NCBI GenBank assembly: GCA_951406725.2
Contig: OX597820.1
Coordinates: forward strand, 3,224,001-3,288,000
Direction: 5' to 3'
Source of the DNA: Octopus vulgaris
Taxonomy: Eukaryota
Length of the DNA: 64,000 nucleotides
The position numbers were made by a program, and so were the translations under genes. Below, one piece after another: positions 1 through 11,640 of this stretch (position 1 is the first letter of the stretch; each line of letters starts with the position of its first letter). Under the pieces are notes generated by a model that was not told the origin of the DNA, made no database searches, and was given only the letters and a program-made list of their open reading frames with translations.

Positions 1-878
1 AAAACGATTGATGAAACGATAAGATTTTGTCCCTCCAGGGTTTAATGCCACAACACTTGGATGCAGTTTACTGCCTCGGCCAGAGCAATTGTCATCATCA
101 TTGTCATCATTTTCACTGTTAGCACCCCCCCCCACAACCATCATCATTATCGTCGTCACCATCGCTACCACTAACACCACCATCACCACCACCACCAACA
201 GCAGCAGCAGCACCACCACCACCACCACCACCATCATCACCGTCATCACCATTTTCATAATCATTGTCATTATCATCGCTACCACCACCACCACCACCAC
301 CATCGTCATCATCATTATAACCATCACTGTCATCAGCATCAACATTGTCAATGTCGTCATCATAAGCAACACCATCGTCAGTATTATTGTTGTTGTCATT
401 ATCATCACACCACCACCTCCACCACCACCGCCACCATCACCACCATCATCGTCATTTCCCACCTGCTTTCCTCGCTGGCATCGGTTGCAAAGTCCATCCT
501 CATCCGCCATTTCACAGTTCTGTGTCTGACTCTAGCTTTCCATGTCTGACTTAACTTCTGTCCCATCGTTATTTCTGGTTATTAGATCTTGTGAACCCTC
601 GTTTCGGGCTGGTTTATGGATGCAGGCATGGCCGTTGGGTTACAAGGTTTGCTCCCAAATAAGGTGATTTGGGGTTTGGTGCCCATTCTGTAGCACCTTG
701 GATGTGAATCTTCTGCCGCTGCCCTGGGGCAAGCAAAAGCCTTGTGAGTGGATTTGGAGAACAGAAATTAAAAGTGGCCTGTTGTGTGTGTGTGTGCGTG
801 CGTGCGTGCGTGTGTGTGCGTGCATGCGTGCGTGTGTGTGTGTGTGTGTGTGTGTCAGAGTGTGTGTATATGAGTGTA

Positions 879-1378
879 CCGTAAATCCTCAAGTATAATC
901 TGCATTTTTTCCCAAAAATTTAAAGGTCAAAATCCCTAGTGCATATTATACACGAAGTTAAAAATGGAAATTATTTTCTAAGCAATGTCCGAGTCTCTAT
1001 TTGCTGTCCGGCAATGTTTATTCCGATGTATTTTGTGATGTCGGGCATGAAAATACCTGAAAGCAATGAAGTCATAAAAGAATCATCCATAACTTGCAGT
1101 AAACAACATTTATTAAACATTATTACTGTTATTTCTATATTTTCTGCAAACAAAATGCACAAAAAAGCTACACGTTTGCATTATGTTATATGTACAATAA
1201 TAATAAAGGACGTTACCGTATAGAGTTTTACAAACCATGGACATTATATAGACCTCCTTGACTCAAGTTGGAGAAGGGATGCGTATTATACACAGGGTTT
1301 AGGTTTTTCAGAGGTACAGCCCCCTAAAAATCCCCTGCATATAATACTCAAGGGCAGACTATACTCGAGGATTTATGG
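879..1378. mobile_element. Non-autonomous Tc1/mariner-superfamily (pogo/Tc2-like) MITE
   Basis: TIRs CCGTAAATCCTCAAGTATA (879) and TATACTCGAGGATTTATGG (to 1378), flanked by TA on both sides; no coding capacity. Confidence 0.75.
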
Positions 1379-2225
1379 TATATGTTTGTGTGTGTTTGCA
1401 TGTATGTGTGTGAAAGGTGTGTGTGCATGTGCATGAGTGTGTACATGTGCGTGAGTGTGTGTGTGTATCTGTGTGTGTATGTGTGAGTGTGTGTGTGAGT
1501 GTATCTTTCTATCTCTTATTCATCTCAGTCATTGGACAGCAGCCTTGATTTGTTTAATAAAACGAAATTACTCCAGTACTTATTTGTTAATCATTTTTGA
1601 TGTCTGGTACTATTCTATCAGTCTCTTTTGCCAAACTGCTCAGTTACAGGGACATAAACAAACCTACACTGGTTGTCAAGCAGTGGGATGGGGGGACAAA
1701 CACAAACAGGCACATATACAAACACAGATACATATATATGTGCACACACACATTGGTATATGTATATATATATATATATATATATACAAATTGAGATAGG
1801 GGTTGTAAATGCAACCCTCCATGGGATAACATATATCCAATATACTGCTAGTGAAGTACCCAACAAAGTTAATACATAAATGTTAAGGATTGCGATGCAA
1901 TCAATTCACTTACTGTATTACATGGGCAAAGGTAAAATGACTTACCACAAATTACTAATACAAGATAAGAAAATGGAGAAATACATCTAAATCAAATATC
2001 AATTACCAGATAATACTCAATCACATACTTTATTAAACCACCACATAAGAGACTGTAGGGTTAAATATAAAAAGCAGAACAAATCAGTGTACACAAAGGA
2101 ATGTACATAAAAAAGTGTACATAAAAGAGTAATGTTGTATAATAAGTAGAATATATATAAAAGAGAATATAAATATAAGTAAATATAAATATAAGTATAG
2201 ATTATGTGAAAAATACAACACGGCA

Positions 2226-3287
2226 TTGCTGAAGGCAGGCTACAAAAATAAAATTTGGTATATACCTAATAATAATCCTTCGAACACAGGTGAAACTATT
2301 AGGAGTAGGGATATTAACAATAGGCATAGTAACATTGATAATAGTTATGGTAATAGTGGAGTTCATCTAAACAATAATAATAAGAAGAATAAGAATAACA
2401 ATAAAGTCACTAATAAAACCAATCTAAAGGGGAATTCTAGGCATTATATTGACAATACTAAGGGTAGAAAGCATATGGGTTGGGAGAATAATAGAGTTTT
2501 TCCCATGAATAACAACTTGAGGAGTAATCCACATAGTGATGACGATACTCTATGGCTAATAATACCATATGCAATGCAGATTAAAACAGATATAGCCAGA
2601 ACTATACATAAAGTAATATATAGACTATTTACTAAAGGTAAGAATAAATTTAGCCAAATAATTAACAATAGAACTATTAGAATAGGATATAGTATCACGA
2701 ATAATCTAGCCACCATCATCTCCTCCTTCAACAACAAGAAATTGGATTGCTTCTATAATGATAGAAAGATAAACATGGGTAGTAGTGAAAATAAGTCCAA
2801 TAATATCAACAGAAATAGGGCTACGTGGATTTCTGCCAGGGTTAAATCTCCTCAATCTGTTAATGGCTGCAATTGCAGAAGCAAGAATCAATGTGTGTTT
2901 GGTAATAAATGCCTGAGGAGAGAGGTGGTTTACCAATGCACTGTAAATACACAATATAATAACAGGGTGTACATTGGTGCAACTAAAAATAGTATAAAAC
3001 AACGGCTAAACTATCATAGATATACTTTTAAAAATAAAAATAGAATGAACTCTACGGGGCTAAGTACGTATATCTGGGAACTCAAGAGTAAGAACATAGA
3101 TTTTAAATTAGATTGGGAAATACTAACATCTGCACCTGTATACAATAGTAGAAATAAAAAATGCTCTTTATGTATCAATGAAATTTTCTTCATCATCAAA
3201 GCCGGCCAACCCATTATTAACAGCATTAATGAGCGAAATTATTTTTGCCTTCACAAATTGGCGTACACTTTCTCTAGATTTAAATAA
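2226..3287 (+). CDS. C-terminal part of PLE protein: RT-thumb remnant, Asn-rich insert, Cys linker and GIY-YIG endonuclease (RT core missing)
   Basis: CNCRSKNQCVFGNKCL linker, VVY...VYIGAT...KQRLNYH, LSTYIWELK, WEIL, CSLCINE motifs in an uninterrupted frame. Confidence 0.85.
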   Translation: MLKAGYKNKIWYIPNNNPSNTGETIRSRDINNRHSNIDNSYGNSGVHLNNNNKKNKNNNKVTNKTNLKGNSRHYIDNTKGRKHMGWENNRVFPMNNNLRSNPHSDDDTLWLIIPYAMQIKTDIARTIHKVIYRLFTKGKNKFSQIINNRTIRIGYSITNNLATIISSFNNKKLDCFYNDRKINMGSSENKSNNINRNRATWISARVKSPQSVNGCNCRSKNQCVFGNKCLRREVVYQCTVNTQYNNRVYIGATKNSIKQRLNYHRYTFKNKNRMNSTGLSTYIWELKSKNIDFKLDWEILTSAPVYNSRNKKCSLCINEIFFIIKAGQPIINSINERNYFCLHKLAYTFSRFK

Positions 3288-4009
3288 CATTTAATTCTTC
3301 TACCAGCAATCTTTTAGCATTCATCTATATAGGACTGTACTATTGGTCCTTACAATTTATAATTTATAACTTTTGTGTCTCCATGTATGTGTTCTACATT
3401 GATTGTTTCTGTCCCGACTGGAAAAATATACAAAAATATATAGTTATTCTGATATATGCATGGTATTCGGAACCCCTCAGAGTCTTTTATAGGTGTAAGA
3501 TGTATATATGCATCATATCTTAGGGCACTAGTTTGAGTTTTTGCTATACCAATATGTAATATATGAGAGTCTATAATTACTATAAGTTGTTTATCTCGAT
3601 GAGCATATAAGGTGTTTTTTTTTTTAACGGTTGGTTTGTTGGGGGTGTGCAATTTCTGAGGGACAGGCATGGGGTCGGGTGGCGCTGCACTGGAGTTTGT
3701 GCGCGTGAGCGTCCACGCACGCGTTGCGCAGGCGTGTCAGTGCAATGTGTATCAACGTGTGCACTCTCGTGCGCTATGCTTGAGGACATTTGCGTGTACT
3801 TGTACACGTGTTCTTGTGTGTATCTTGGTGATTGTGTGTGCAAGAGGGACGTGTGCGGGTGTGCCCGGCCATGAACTCGCGTGTCCGTGCGGGGGCGTGC
3901 ATGTGGGTGCATTCCGGCGTATCCACTTATACTTACTATATTAGGTTTATCTTTGTGCCCTCCTTAATTTGTATTCCATTTTATTTATCTATTTATCTAT
4001 ACATGGATG

Positions 4010-4061
<52 letters not shown>

Positions 4062-5187
4062 TGTTTATTTATTTAATTATTTATTTTTGTTTATTTGGCA
4101 CTTACTAATCTATAATTAATTTAATTTATAATTAATAAACTTATTCTAAATTAATAGTAACTTCTATAGGTGTGTGAAAATGTGTATGTATGTTTTTGTA
4201 CATATGGGTATGATCGTGGGTGGATGTACGGATGTATGATTTTATTACACATATGAGCATGCAGGTGCGTACTTGGATATGTATATATGTATATGTGAAT
4301 ATTTCTGCATGGGTGGATATAAATATAGGTTTTATTTGTACGTATGAGTGCGCAAATATATATTTAAATATATATTTATGTGTGTGCGAAAGTTCCCTGA
4401 CACAGTATAGGAAAGTGTATTAATATTTATGCGTATATGTGGATGTGCGTGTGAGTGTGTGTGTTAGTGTTAGACACTGCTGCTTGTACTGATTTGTCTA
4501 TAAGCCATGTGATGACAGACATGCACTCTGCAATTTTGTGAATGTGTAGAGATGTGTCGGGGTGTATTCATGTGTGTGTGCATGTGTGTGTGAGTTTCTG
4601 TGTGGATGTGTGGGTTTCGGGTTAGATGTGGATGTGTATGTTTTGCTTGTGCGGTTGGTGGAGGTCGGGCGGCTCTCAATTGACCAACCGTGAGGAAGAT
4701 AATGATAATTTTAAATTCAAATCCAATAGTGTATTTATGTCATAAGGAAAATTACTAACTGGAACCCGGACATACATACATACCGCTCTGGACCCTAATG
4801 TAAGCATTATTAATAATATTATGAATGATAATAATGATAACATTAATGGTACTGACGATAATGATGCTAACTTTAATGACACTTTAGAAATTAGTATGAA
4901 GTAATATAATGTACTATTGACTATGTATATTTGCATCTAGGTACTAATTTGTGTATGTTTATTATCACAATATTAAGTCGAAAAACTGAGACATTGAATG
5001 TGGAACACATATATATATGTTTACTAATTTATATTATTTATTTATATCATTATGTATATGTATATTTTTATATGTATAAGATTGTGAGTATATGCACTCA
5101 TATGTATATGCACTCATATGTATATGTATATGTTGTATTATGGGTATGCACCCACACCCATGTGGGTATATATGTAGACTGATTTAT

Positions 5188-5327
5188 ATTACATAATCTC
5201 CGAAGAGGCCTTATGATATTTTTGTAAATGTCTCATTTATATCTATATATTGACCTACCATAAAAGGCTAATATTGGTAAAATGAGACATACTTATCTAC
5301 ATGGCCGAAACAGCTGTAAGATGTAAT
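5188..5327 (+). ncRNA. Type I hammerhead ribozyme with long stem II insert and U4C core
   Basis: tct-CCGAAGA-ggcc(5207)...ggcc(5303)-GAAA-cagctg-TA-aga; extra pairing attaca/tgtaat; internal stem tgtctcattt/aaatgagaca. Confidence 0.75.
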
Positions 5328-5565
5328 CTATACTTATATTTATATTTACTTATATTTATATTCTCTTTTATATATATTCTACTTATTATACAACATTACT
5401 CTTTTATGTACACTTTTTTATGTACATTCCTTTATGTACACTGATTTGTTCTGCTTTTTATATTTAACCCTACAGTCTCTTATGTGGTGGTTTAATAAAG
5501 TATGTGATTGAGTATTATCTGGTAATTGATATTTGATTTAGATGTATTTCTCCATTTTCTTATCT

Positions 5566-5696
<131 letters not shown>

Positions 5697-5920
5697 GTCA
5701 TGCCCGAGTCAACTTTGATAGAAATAAGCATTCTTGACTGCTATTTCTATTTTCGTATGCGGTCAAGCAACCTGTTTTGCCTGTCCTTTTTCTTATATAC
5801 AATATATATACTGAACTTACAGAAGTTCCTGCCGGTAATCGGCTATATTTACATACCGAATTCTACCAGTAAATAATTGGGGTTTTTTAAAAGCCTTTAT
5901 AGAAATTATTTACTCTTATC

Positions 5921-6000
<80 letters not shown>

Positions 6001-6001
<1 letters not shown>

Positions 6002-6290
6002 GAGGTCATATTAATGAAGTTAAAGCAAGCAGAGTGAAGCTGCTTGGCACAGATTGACCTTGAACTCTGCTGTGCATGACACAAAGTTTTAACGTTCTGG
6101 CTCACTTCAGCTGTTTACAGCAGTGCTTGGAAGGAAGGTGTGTAGCATGTGATCATCTCATTTGACCATGACAGAGAAAGTTGTCATGGCGATACCAGCT
6201 CAGAGACCTACAGAAAGTTGCAGAAAGTATATGGAGAGGAGTGTATGAGCTGCACACAAGTATATGAGTGCTTCAGATGTTCCCAAGATA
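6001..6290 (+). mobile_element. Mariner 5' fragment (same family as 53772-54603)
   Basis: Starts ta|cgaggtc in (TA)n; encodes ETYRKLQKVYGEECMSCTQVYE (mariner HTH region); similar to both arms of the 53.8-54.6 kb element. Confidence 0.7.
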
Positions 6291-6364
6291 GTGGTGGTGG
6301 TGGTGGTGGTGGTGGTGACAGTGGTGGTGGTGGTGGCAGTGGTGGTTGTACATATTTTCTGAAC

Positions 6365-7596
6365 ACATAGGAGCAATAAACATGGAAAATGTGCAGAGAA
6401 CAACTTCCGCCACATTCCAGGGAGGAAAACTAGAAGTAGTTGATAGCTTCCATTACCTAGGTGACCAAGTCAGTAGTGGAGGAGGGTGTGTTGAAAGTGT
6501 AGCTGCTAGAATAAGAATAGCCTGGACAAAGTTCAGGGAGCTCCTACCTCTGCTGGCAACTAAGGGCCTCTCACTCAGTATGAGAGGTAGACTGTATGAT
6601 GCATGTGTATGAACACCGATGCTACATGGCAGTGAAACATGGGCCGTAACTGCTGAGGACATGCGTAAGCTTGCAAGGAATGAAGCCAGTATGCTCCACT
6701 GGATGTGTAATGTCAGTGTGCATACTCGACAGAGTGTAAGTACCTTGAGAGAAAAGTTGGACCTAAGAAGCATCAGATGTGGTGTGCAAGAGAGACGACT
6801 GTGCTGGTATGGTCATGTGGTGAGAATGGATGAGGATAGCTGTGTGAAAAAGTCCCACACCTTAGCAGTTGAAGGAACCTGTGGAAGAGGTAGACTCAGG
6901 AAAACCTGGGACAAGGTGGTGAAGCACGACCTTCGCTCTTTAGGTCTCACCAAGGCAATGACTAGTGACTGAGACCTTTGGAAATAAGCTGTACTTGAGA
7001 AGAGTCGGCAAACCAAGTGAAACCATAATCCATGGCTTATGCCAGGGGTGTAACCAGCCCACTTATGCATACCTTTCCTTCATTGGACACTAAACTCAGC
7101 TTGCAAAGACCTGTTGAGGCAAGTGAAATCGAAATCAAATTCAATGACTGACATCTGTGCTAGTGGAGCGCTAAGAGCACCATCCAAGCATGATCGTTGC
7201 CAGAGCAGCTGACTGGCTTCCGTGCTGGTGGCACGTAAAAAGCACCATTCAAGTGTGATCGTTACCAGCGTCACCTTACTGGCACGTAAAAAAAATACTT
7301 GAGCGAGGTTGTTGCCAGTACCGTAGGACTGGCTCCCGTGCAGGTGGCACATAAAAAACACCATTTGAGCATGGCTGTTGCCAGTACTGCCTGACTGGGC
7401 CTCGTGCCAGTGGCACGTAAAAGCATCCACTAAACTCTCAAAGTGTTTGGTGTTAGGAAGGGCATCTAGCTGTAGAAACTCTGCCGGATCAGACTGGAGC
7501 AGCCATCTGGTTCGCCAGCCCACAGTCAAATCGTCCAACCCATGCCAGCATGGAAAGCAGACGTTAAACAATAATGATGATGATGATGATGATGAT
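6365..7596 (+). mobile_element. 5'-truncated RTE-clade LINE (RT C-terminus, repeat-rich 3' UTR, (GAT)n tail)
   Basis: LEVVDSFHYLG, RIRIAWTKFREL, MLHGSETW, RRLCWYGHVVRM, GRGRLRKTW; in-frame stops; ends gacgttaaac-(gat)n. Confidence 0.85.
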
Positions 7597-7813
7597 GGTG
7601 TTACTCATTTGGTAGTTTCCAATATTGTTAAAGACTTTGGCTTAATAAAACTCAAACACCAACCCCTCCCCCCCCCATCTCAGCCAAGTCAATGAGATAA
7701 GCAGATCAAATCTATGTCAGGCAAAATATGTAACTCATGAGATTATGACTAAGCATTTTATCTACACCTTTTTAAGTGGTTCCCAATGAACCAAGGTGGT
7801 AGCAGGAGTAGGG

Positions 7814-7882
<69 letters not shown>

Positions 7883-7944
7883 TCAGCAGCAGCAGTATAC
7901 TACTACTACTACTACTACTACTACTGATGATGATAATGATAATC

Positions 7945-8158
7945 CTTTTTACTAAAGGCACGAGACCTGAATTTTGGTGGGAGGAGACCAGTTGGTTACA
8001 CAGACCCCAGTATTCCACTGGTACTTAATTAATCGACCCCCAAAAAGACGAAAGGCAAAGTTGACCTTCATGGAATTTGAACTCAGAATGTAAAGACACA
8101 CAAAATGCCACGAAGCATTTCACCTGGCGTGCTAACGATTCTGCCAGTTCATCACCTT
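7945..8158 (-). mobile_element. tRNA-derived SINE with Meta-like domain
   Basis: Reverse-complement match to the copy at 42570-42785. Confidence 0.7.
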
Positions 8159-8204
8159 AATAATAATAATGATGATGATGATGATGATGACGATGATGAT
8201 GATG

Positions 8205-8313
<109 letters not shown>

Positions 8314-8358
8314 TAATAATAATAATAATAATGGAGAAGAACGATAATAATAATAATG

Positions 8359-8395
<37 letters not shown>

Positions 8396-8412
8396 TAATA
8401 ATAATAATAATA

Positions 8413-10577
8413 ATGGAGAAGAACGATATTTTCCCCATTGAACAAAAAGGGTGCCGCCGAGGCTCTTACGGATGCAAAGATCAACTGCTAATCAATCGTA
8501 TGATCCTTGAGAACTGTCACAACAAGCGCAGAAATCTCAGCACCGCATGGATTGACTACAAAAAGGCCTTCGACAGTATACCGCATCCATGGATCTTGAG
8601 ATCGCTGGACATCTTCAAAATTTCCCCTGTGATTTCAAACTTCCTGAAGCACAATATGTCGTTGTGGAATACGAATCTCCAATTATACCACTCTAATGGA
8701 GTACTTGCCTCAGAAAATATAAACATCAACTGTGGAATTTTTCAAGGTGACTCACTTTCACCTTTAATATTCTGCATAGCCCTAATACCCCTTACAAGTG
8801 AATTAAACAGAACAGGGTATGGGTATAAAATTGCCAATAAAAAATAAGCCATCTATTTTATATGGATGACTTAAAACTTTTTGGTAAAGACAATAATGAA
8901 CTTGAAGGCCTATTGCGCACCGTGAAAGCATTCAGCGATGACATCGGGATGGAGTTTGGACTTGAGAAGTGTGCCAAGGCCACTTTTCAGAAAGGGAAAG
9001 TGAAGACCACAAATTCAGTCGTGTTAGATGTTGACACAGTCATAAGAGAGCTTGAGCAAGAACAATCATACAAATATTTAGGGATAAATGAAGGCTCTGG
9101 TATTCAGCATGCAAGCATGAAAGAGAAAATCAGGAAGGAATGTTATAGGAGAGTTCGTGCAGTCCTGAAATCTGAACTAAATGCACGTAACAAGGTGTTA
9201 GCTATAAATTCCTTAGCAGTTCCAGTTGTTACTTATAGCTACAATGTGTTGAACTGGAATATGAGTGAAGTAAAGAATATAGATAGAAAAATACGCAAGC
9301 TGCTGAGTTGTAATAGGATGCACCACCCAAAGGCAGACGTAGATCGCCTTTACCTTCCCAGAGCCCAAGGAGGTCGAGGCCTGATCCAATTTGAACTAGC
9401 TTACAAAACAACCACAATTGGACTGGCCAAATATCTCGAAATATCGAATGACTGGATGCTAAAGCTCGTGGAAAATCACGAGAGACGAAAGAAGCTTCAT
9501 TCTATCATAAAGGAAAGCAAAAAATTTGCTATTGATCTCGTGCAGGATACCCAAACTGAACAACCCGAGGGAAGTACGGCAACTATTGTTGCAAAGAAGG
9601 TGAAAATGATGGCAATGAAGAAAGCGCACGAGCAATTGGCTGATAGGTGGGAGGAGAAATCTCTGCACGGCAAATATGTGACCCTTAGCAAACAAGCTGA
9701 TGTTGACCAGAAGCAAACCCATCAGTGGCTACGGAGCTCAGGGCTAAAAGCAGAGAGCGAAGGTTTCATCCTGGCTGCTCAAGATCAAAGCCTATTAACC
9801 CGGAACTACCAGGCCAATGTGATGAAAAATGGAGCAGACCCAAAATGCCGATTCTGCAACGACATGAAACAGTGGACCACCTAATCTCTGGATGTAAAGT
9901 CTTAGCACCAGTGGAGTATAAATTAAGACATGACAGAGTTGGCCAATATCTCCACTGGCTAATAAGTCGGCATTACAATATCAAAACTGCCGACAAGTGG
10001 TATAATCACCACCCTGAGGCTGTAACTGAAGGAGAAAATGTAACCATTCTGTGGGACTTTCCAGTACATACAGACCGAACCATCAAGGCCAATAAACCAG
10101 ATATTGTTGTGAAAGACCAAAACAATAAAGTTTGCTTATTGATCGACATGAGCATCCCCTGTGATCATAATATCTCAGCGAAAGAGTTTGACAAGCTCAG
10201 AAAATATAAAGACCTACTCATTGAAATTGAGAAAATGTGGCATCTCAAGGCGGTTACAATACCAGTGATCGTAGGAGCACTAGGAATGATCAAGAAGGGA
10301 ACCGAAAATTATATGAGAATGATCCCTGGCTTACCATCCCTGCAAGAAGTGCAAAAGATTGTCTTAACTGGTACATCACACGTATTGAGAAGAGCATTGT
10401 CGATGTGAGAACTGTTGCTGCTCATGTATTTTAATTTAACTTAAAAAAAAAAAAAAATGAACGAACTACTGAGTTTGGTTTAATGGCCTACCAATGCCTA
10501 CTATGAGTTTCTTTGCCCTAGGAGTCGGGAAGACACTCGGCAAGAAATGGAAGCAAATTTGAAAGAAGAAAAAAAAA
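8413..10577 (+). mobile_element. R4/Dong-clade non-LTR retrotransposon, 5'-truncated, two frameshifts
   Basis: RT motifs AWIDYKKAFDSIPH, GIFQGDSLSP, YMDDLKL; CRFC...H...C zinc knuckle, RHD and KPDIVV...LIDMS...K restriction-like endonuclease; (TAA)n on both sides. Frames 8413-8847, 8862-~9866, ~9866-10408. Confidence 0.9.
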
Positions 10578-10629
<52 letters not shown>

Positions 10630-10632
<3 letters not shown>

Positions 10633-10978
10633 AAAATGTGGCATCTCAAGGTGACTACAGTACCAGTGATTGTAGGATCTCTAGGAATGATAAAAAAAGG
10701 TACTGAAACCTATTTGAAAATGATTCCAGGCTTACAATCCCTACAGGAACTGCAAAAGATTGTTTTAACTGGAACGGCTCATGTACTGAGAAGAGCACTA
10801 TCGCTGTGAAAATAACATTCATCCATGAATTTATTTAATTATTAATTTTTAAATACATATTCTATCTGTGAATTTGCGCGTGTAATCTTGGAATACATAC
10901 AATGCCCTTCTCTGCCCTAGGTGTATGGAAAACACTCGGCGAGAAACGGAAGAAAATTTGAAGAAAGAAGGAAAAAAC
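10630..10978 (+). mobile_element. Short 3' fragment of a related Dong-type element
   Basis: Encodes EKMWHLKVTTVPVIVGSLGMIKKG...HVLRRALSL*, paralogous to the end of the preceding copy; bounded by (TAA)n. Confidence 0.85.
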
Positions 10979-11011
<33 letters not shown>

Positions 11012-11034
11012 TTTAATAATAATAATAATAACAA

Positions 11035-11140
11035 TGTGGTATGTTTGTTTTAATGGCCTACAAATGTATAGAGTGCATTCCTCTGCCCTAGGTGTCAGGA
11101 AGACATTCGGAAAGGAAAGGGAACAGAATTGAAAAAAGAT
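11035..11140 (+). mobile_element. Dong-type 3' UTR-only fragment
   Basis: gtttaatggcctac...tgccctaggtgtcaggaagacattcgg matches 10478-10541. Confidence 0.7.
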
Positions 11141-11640
11141 GATAATGAAAATAATTATAATGGTAGCAATATTTAACGGAACCCATAACAAAACCAACCA
11201 AAAGAGAAAGAACGGTGGAGAGAGAATCATAAATATACCATAAAATGGTTGATTTATGAGTTACACATTACAATGCAACACTCCTCCAAAACCATGCAAG
11301 AATAAACTCACTCTGTAAATACTGAACAAAACACACAAAACACACAACATGTGCCATGGAAGGCCGATACCCGGCAGAAGAACACAACCTGTGCTACACA
11401 AACAACACACAATACAACAGAATACTCAAACTGAATCTCATAACAATACTGATACAATACGATATCACCCCCCACCCCACTGCCAAAAACAAAAAATGCA
11501 GCACACCCCACCCCACAAGCACTAAGGTGCGACAAATGATGCTGCTTGAAAGTTGCTTGAAACTATCAGATGTCGAAAAATAATAGTGTGATGACGATGG
11601 TGATGACGATGGTGATGACGATGGTGATGACGATGGTGAT

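Noticed and set aside
89-529. Low-complexity ORFs (poly-[17 protein letters not shown]) here and throughout the window
   Set aside because: They are translations of microsatellites.
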